This document shows, one piece after another, positions 36,791 to 38,142 of a stretch of DNA of 38,142 bases. Made by a program: the position numbers and the translations under genes. The notes beneath the pieces were generated by a model, which saw only the letters and a list, made by a program, of their open reading frames with translations, searched no databases and was not told where the DNA came from. Where the stretch lies: IMG/VR virus record IMGVR_UViG_3300020044_008842, positions 1 through 38,142 of that record; one strand, given 5' to 3'. Origin of the DNA: a virus (lineage: Duplodnaviria; Caudoviricetes). Within the stretch, counting starts at the first letter, position 1; each line of letters opens with the position of its first letter.

Positions 36791-37580
36791 TCCGTTATCG
36801 CCACTCCCGACAATGCTCTAGGAACGTCGCTATGGCCCGCCGGACCTCTCCCGGCACTCGGATAGCCATTCTCTCGGATCGTGCACCCACGGCCCGCAAT
36901 CGGGCAAATTCGGGCACTCTATCCCCCGCGCCTAGCCCTACTCCCTCCCGGCACCTCTCCCCCCTCTCCCCGGTGTCCCCGGACGGGCACCCATAGCCAT
37001 GGCCCTAGCCGTGGTCCCTATGTGCTAGGGATCATATTGGGCCACCCCCTCCCCTCGGTGGGCCGCCTCCCCCCCGTGAAAATGTCCGATATATATATGA
37101 GATTACAGACTACACTAACGATCCTCACACGTATGAGGCAGCCGATTGGGGGAATGAGCGGCGATTGCATACCAGCCTGCCACCTCTCCGCCTCTCTAGA
37201 GGATCAAACCGCTGGCCGTTATTATACCTAGACCATAGGCCCTATGCCCGGACATCACCTCCCGCCCTCCCGCCCGATAGCCTATGGGCTATGGCCTGCC
37301 ATCCCCGGCAATCCCTCGCCTCTCCCCTCCCGGCCCTATGCCCTCCCCCCAGCCATCTCCCCTCATCTCTCCCCCGTCCCAGCGATAATCTCTAATCATT
37401 CCAACCACTTACCCCCTAGCAATCGACCGGGGTGGGTCAAGCCGGAGGCGGGGGTGACTACCGGGGGTCTTTAGGGCCTACCCCTCTCCACGTGAGACCC
37501 TTCTCCTCACAATCCCGGTCGAAATGGACTCTGGCGGGGGCGGGTGGGGAAGTCCGGGGGCAAGATTTCTCCCTAAACCC
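36791..37580. other. Long non-coding region; candidate origin and/or packaging region
   Basis: No credible ORF; extreme C skew; short repeats; (AT)5 at 37089; G-tracts before terS. Confidence 0.5.
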
Positions 37581-37584
37581 CGCG

Positions 37585-37624
37585 AAATTCCCGGGAATTT
37601 GGAAAATGTAATAGCAGGGGGTTT
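37585..37624 (+). promoter_or_regulatory. 40-bp palindromic repeat, copy 6 (upstream of terS)
   Basis: AAATTCCCGGGAATTTGGAAAATGTAATAGCAGGGGGTTT. Confidence 0.72.
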
Positions 37625-37696
37625 GTGAAAGGGTGTTGAAAAGCAGTTGACTCCCGGCCCGCGGGCCTCCATACCCGTTCGCAAGGAGCTGCCCCC

Positions 37697-38142
37697 ATGA
37701 TCGACTATGAAAAAATCGCGGAAGGGGTTCACATCGAACCCGAAGAGGGGGTGGAAGTCCCCCCTGACGACGTTGCGCGGGTGTTGAACTCCCAGCGGGA
37801 ATTCCTCCCCTTGAACCATGAAAAATACCAAGGTATCGCAACTGCCAAAGGCTATCTCCAGGGTGATGACTATGCGGGGCATCGTCTCCAAAAAGTCCAC
37901 TACACCCATGAAGCGATGATTGACGTCCTCATCGCCCAGCCAACAATCACCCAAAACGAACTCGCGAAGATGTTTGATCGCTCCGTTCCCTGGATTTCCG
38001 TCATCATGGGTTCGGATGCTTTCCAAGGTGCTCTTGCAAAGCGTCGAGACGAACTCACTGATCCTTTTCTCGTAGCCACGATTGAAGAGCGCTTTCGTGG
38101 CCTAGCACAACGCTCGCTGCAGATCATCGCAGACAAACTCGA
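37697..38142 (+). CDS. terS: Putative terminase small subunit, 5' part (209 aa ORF 37697..38021 + 1..305; absent from the ORF track)
   Basis: AAGGAG RBS at 37683 and ATG at 37697. Translation MIDYEKIAEG...HEAMIDVLIAQPTITQNELAKMFDRSVPWISVIMGSDAF contains an HTH-like segment. First gene of the late arm. Confidence 0.65.
   Translation, partial: MIDYEKIAEGVHIEPEEGVEVPPDDVARVLNSQREFLPLNHEKYQGIATAKGYLQGDDYAGHRLQKVHYTHEAMIDVLIAQPTITQNELAKMFDRSVPWISVIMGSDAFQGALAKRRDELTDPFLVATIEERFRGLAQRSLQIIADKL
38022..38142. repeat. Terminal direct repeat (identical to 1-121)
   Basis: Exact match TCCAAGGTGC...GACAAACTCGA. Confidence 0.97.

Noticed and set aside
8725-37624. 40-bp repeats as a CRISPR array or MITE/REP family
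   Set aside because: They are dispersed rather than tandem and too degenerate; no transposase or target-site duplications seen
36784-37841. Pro/Ser-rich ORFs in the control region
   Set aside because: Low-complexity products of C-rich DNA with no RBS

Overview
This is a complete, circularly assembled dsDNA phage genome of about 38,021 bp; bases 1-121 are repeated exactly at 38022-38142. Its organisation is podovirus-like. The + strand late arm encodes terS (across the junction), a fibre-like protein and an SGNH esterase, terL, portal, scaffold, major capsid, decoration, adaptor, nozzle, a GNAT protein, three ejection proteins, a tail fibre plus tip, and holin/M15 endolysin. It converges at about 20.2 kb on a - strand early/replication arm encoding small proteins, a Dda/RecD-like helicase, a Cas4-like nuclease, an AAA ATPase, an SSB, a MazG-like NTPase, a ParB-methyltransferase fusion, a UDG-PolA fusion, an HNH endonuclease and a DUF3987-type helicase. 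I recognised no integrase, classical repressor, primase, RNA polymerase or tRNA. The host is probably a Proteobacterium, possibly alpha (inference only). The main unexplained structures are: (1) six dispersed intergenic copies of a 40-bp palindrome with fixed geometry (CCGG-N2-ATT-N10-AAT-N2-CCGG); (2) a divergently transcribed pair of uncharacterised paralogues that share a C-terminal D-[SD]-L-L-[GS]-E-L-G-L motif with a third, unrelated small protein, all lying next to those palindromes; (3) a PolA with several non-canonical active-site residues, whose 3' end appears to have been swapped together with the adjacent HNH gene. All protein calls are from motifs and synteny read by eye, not from database searches.
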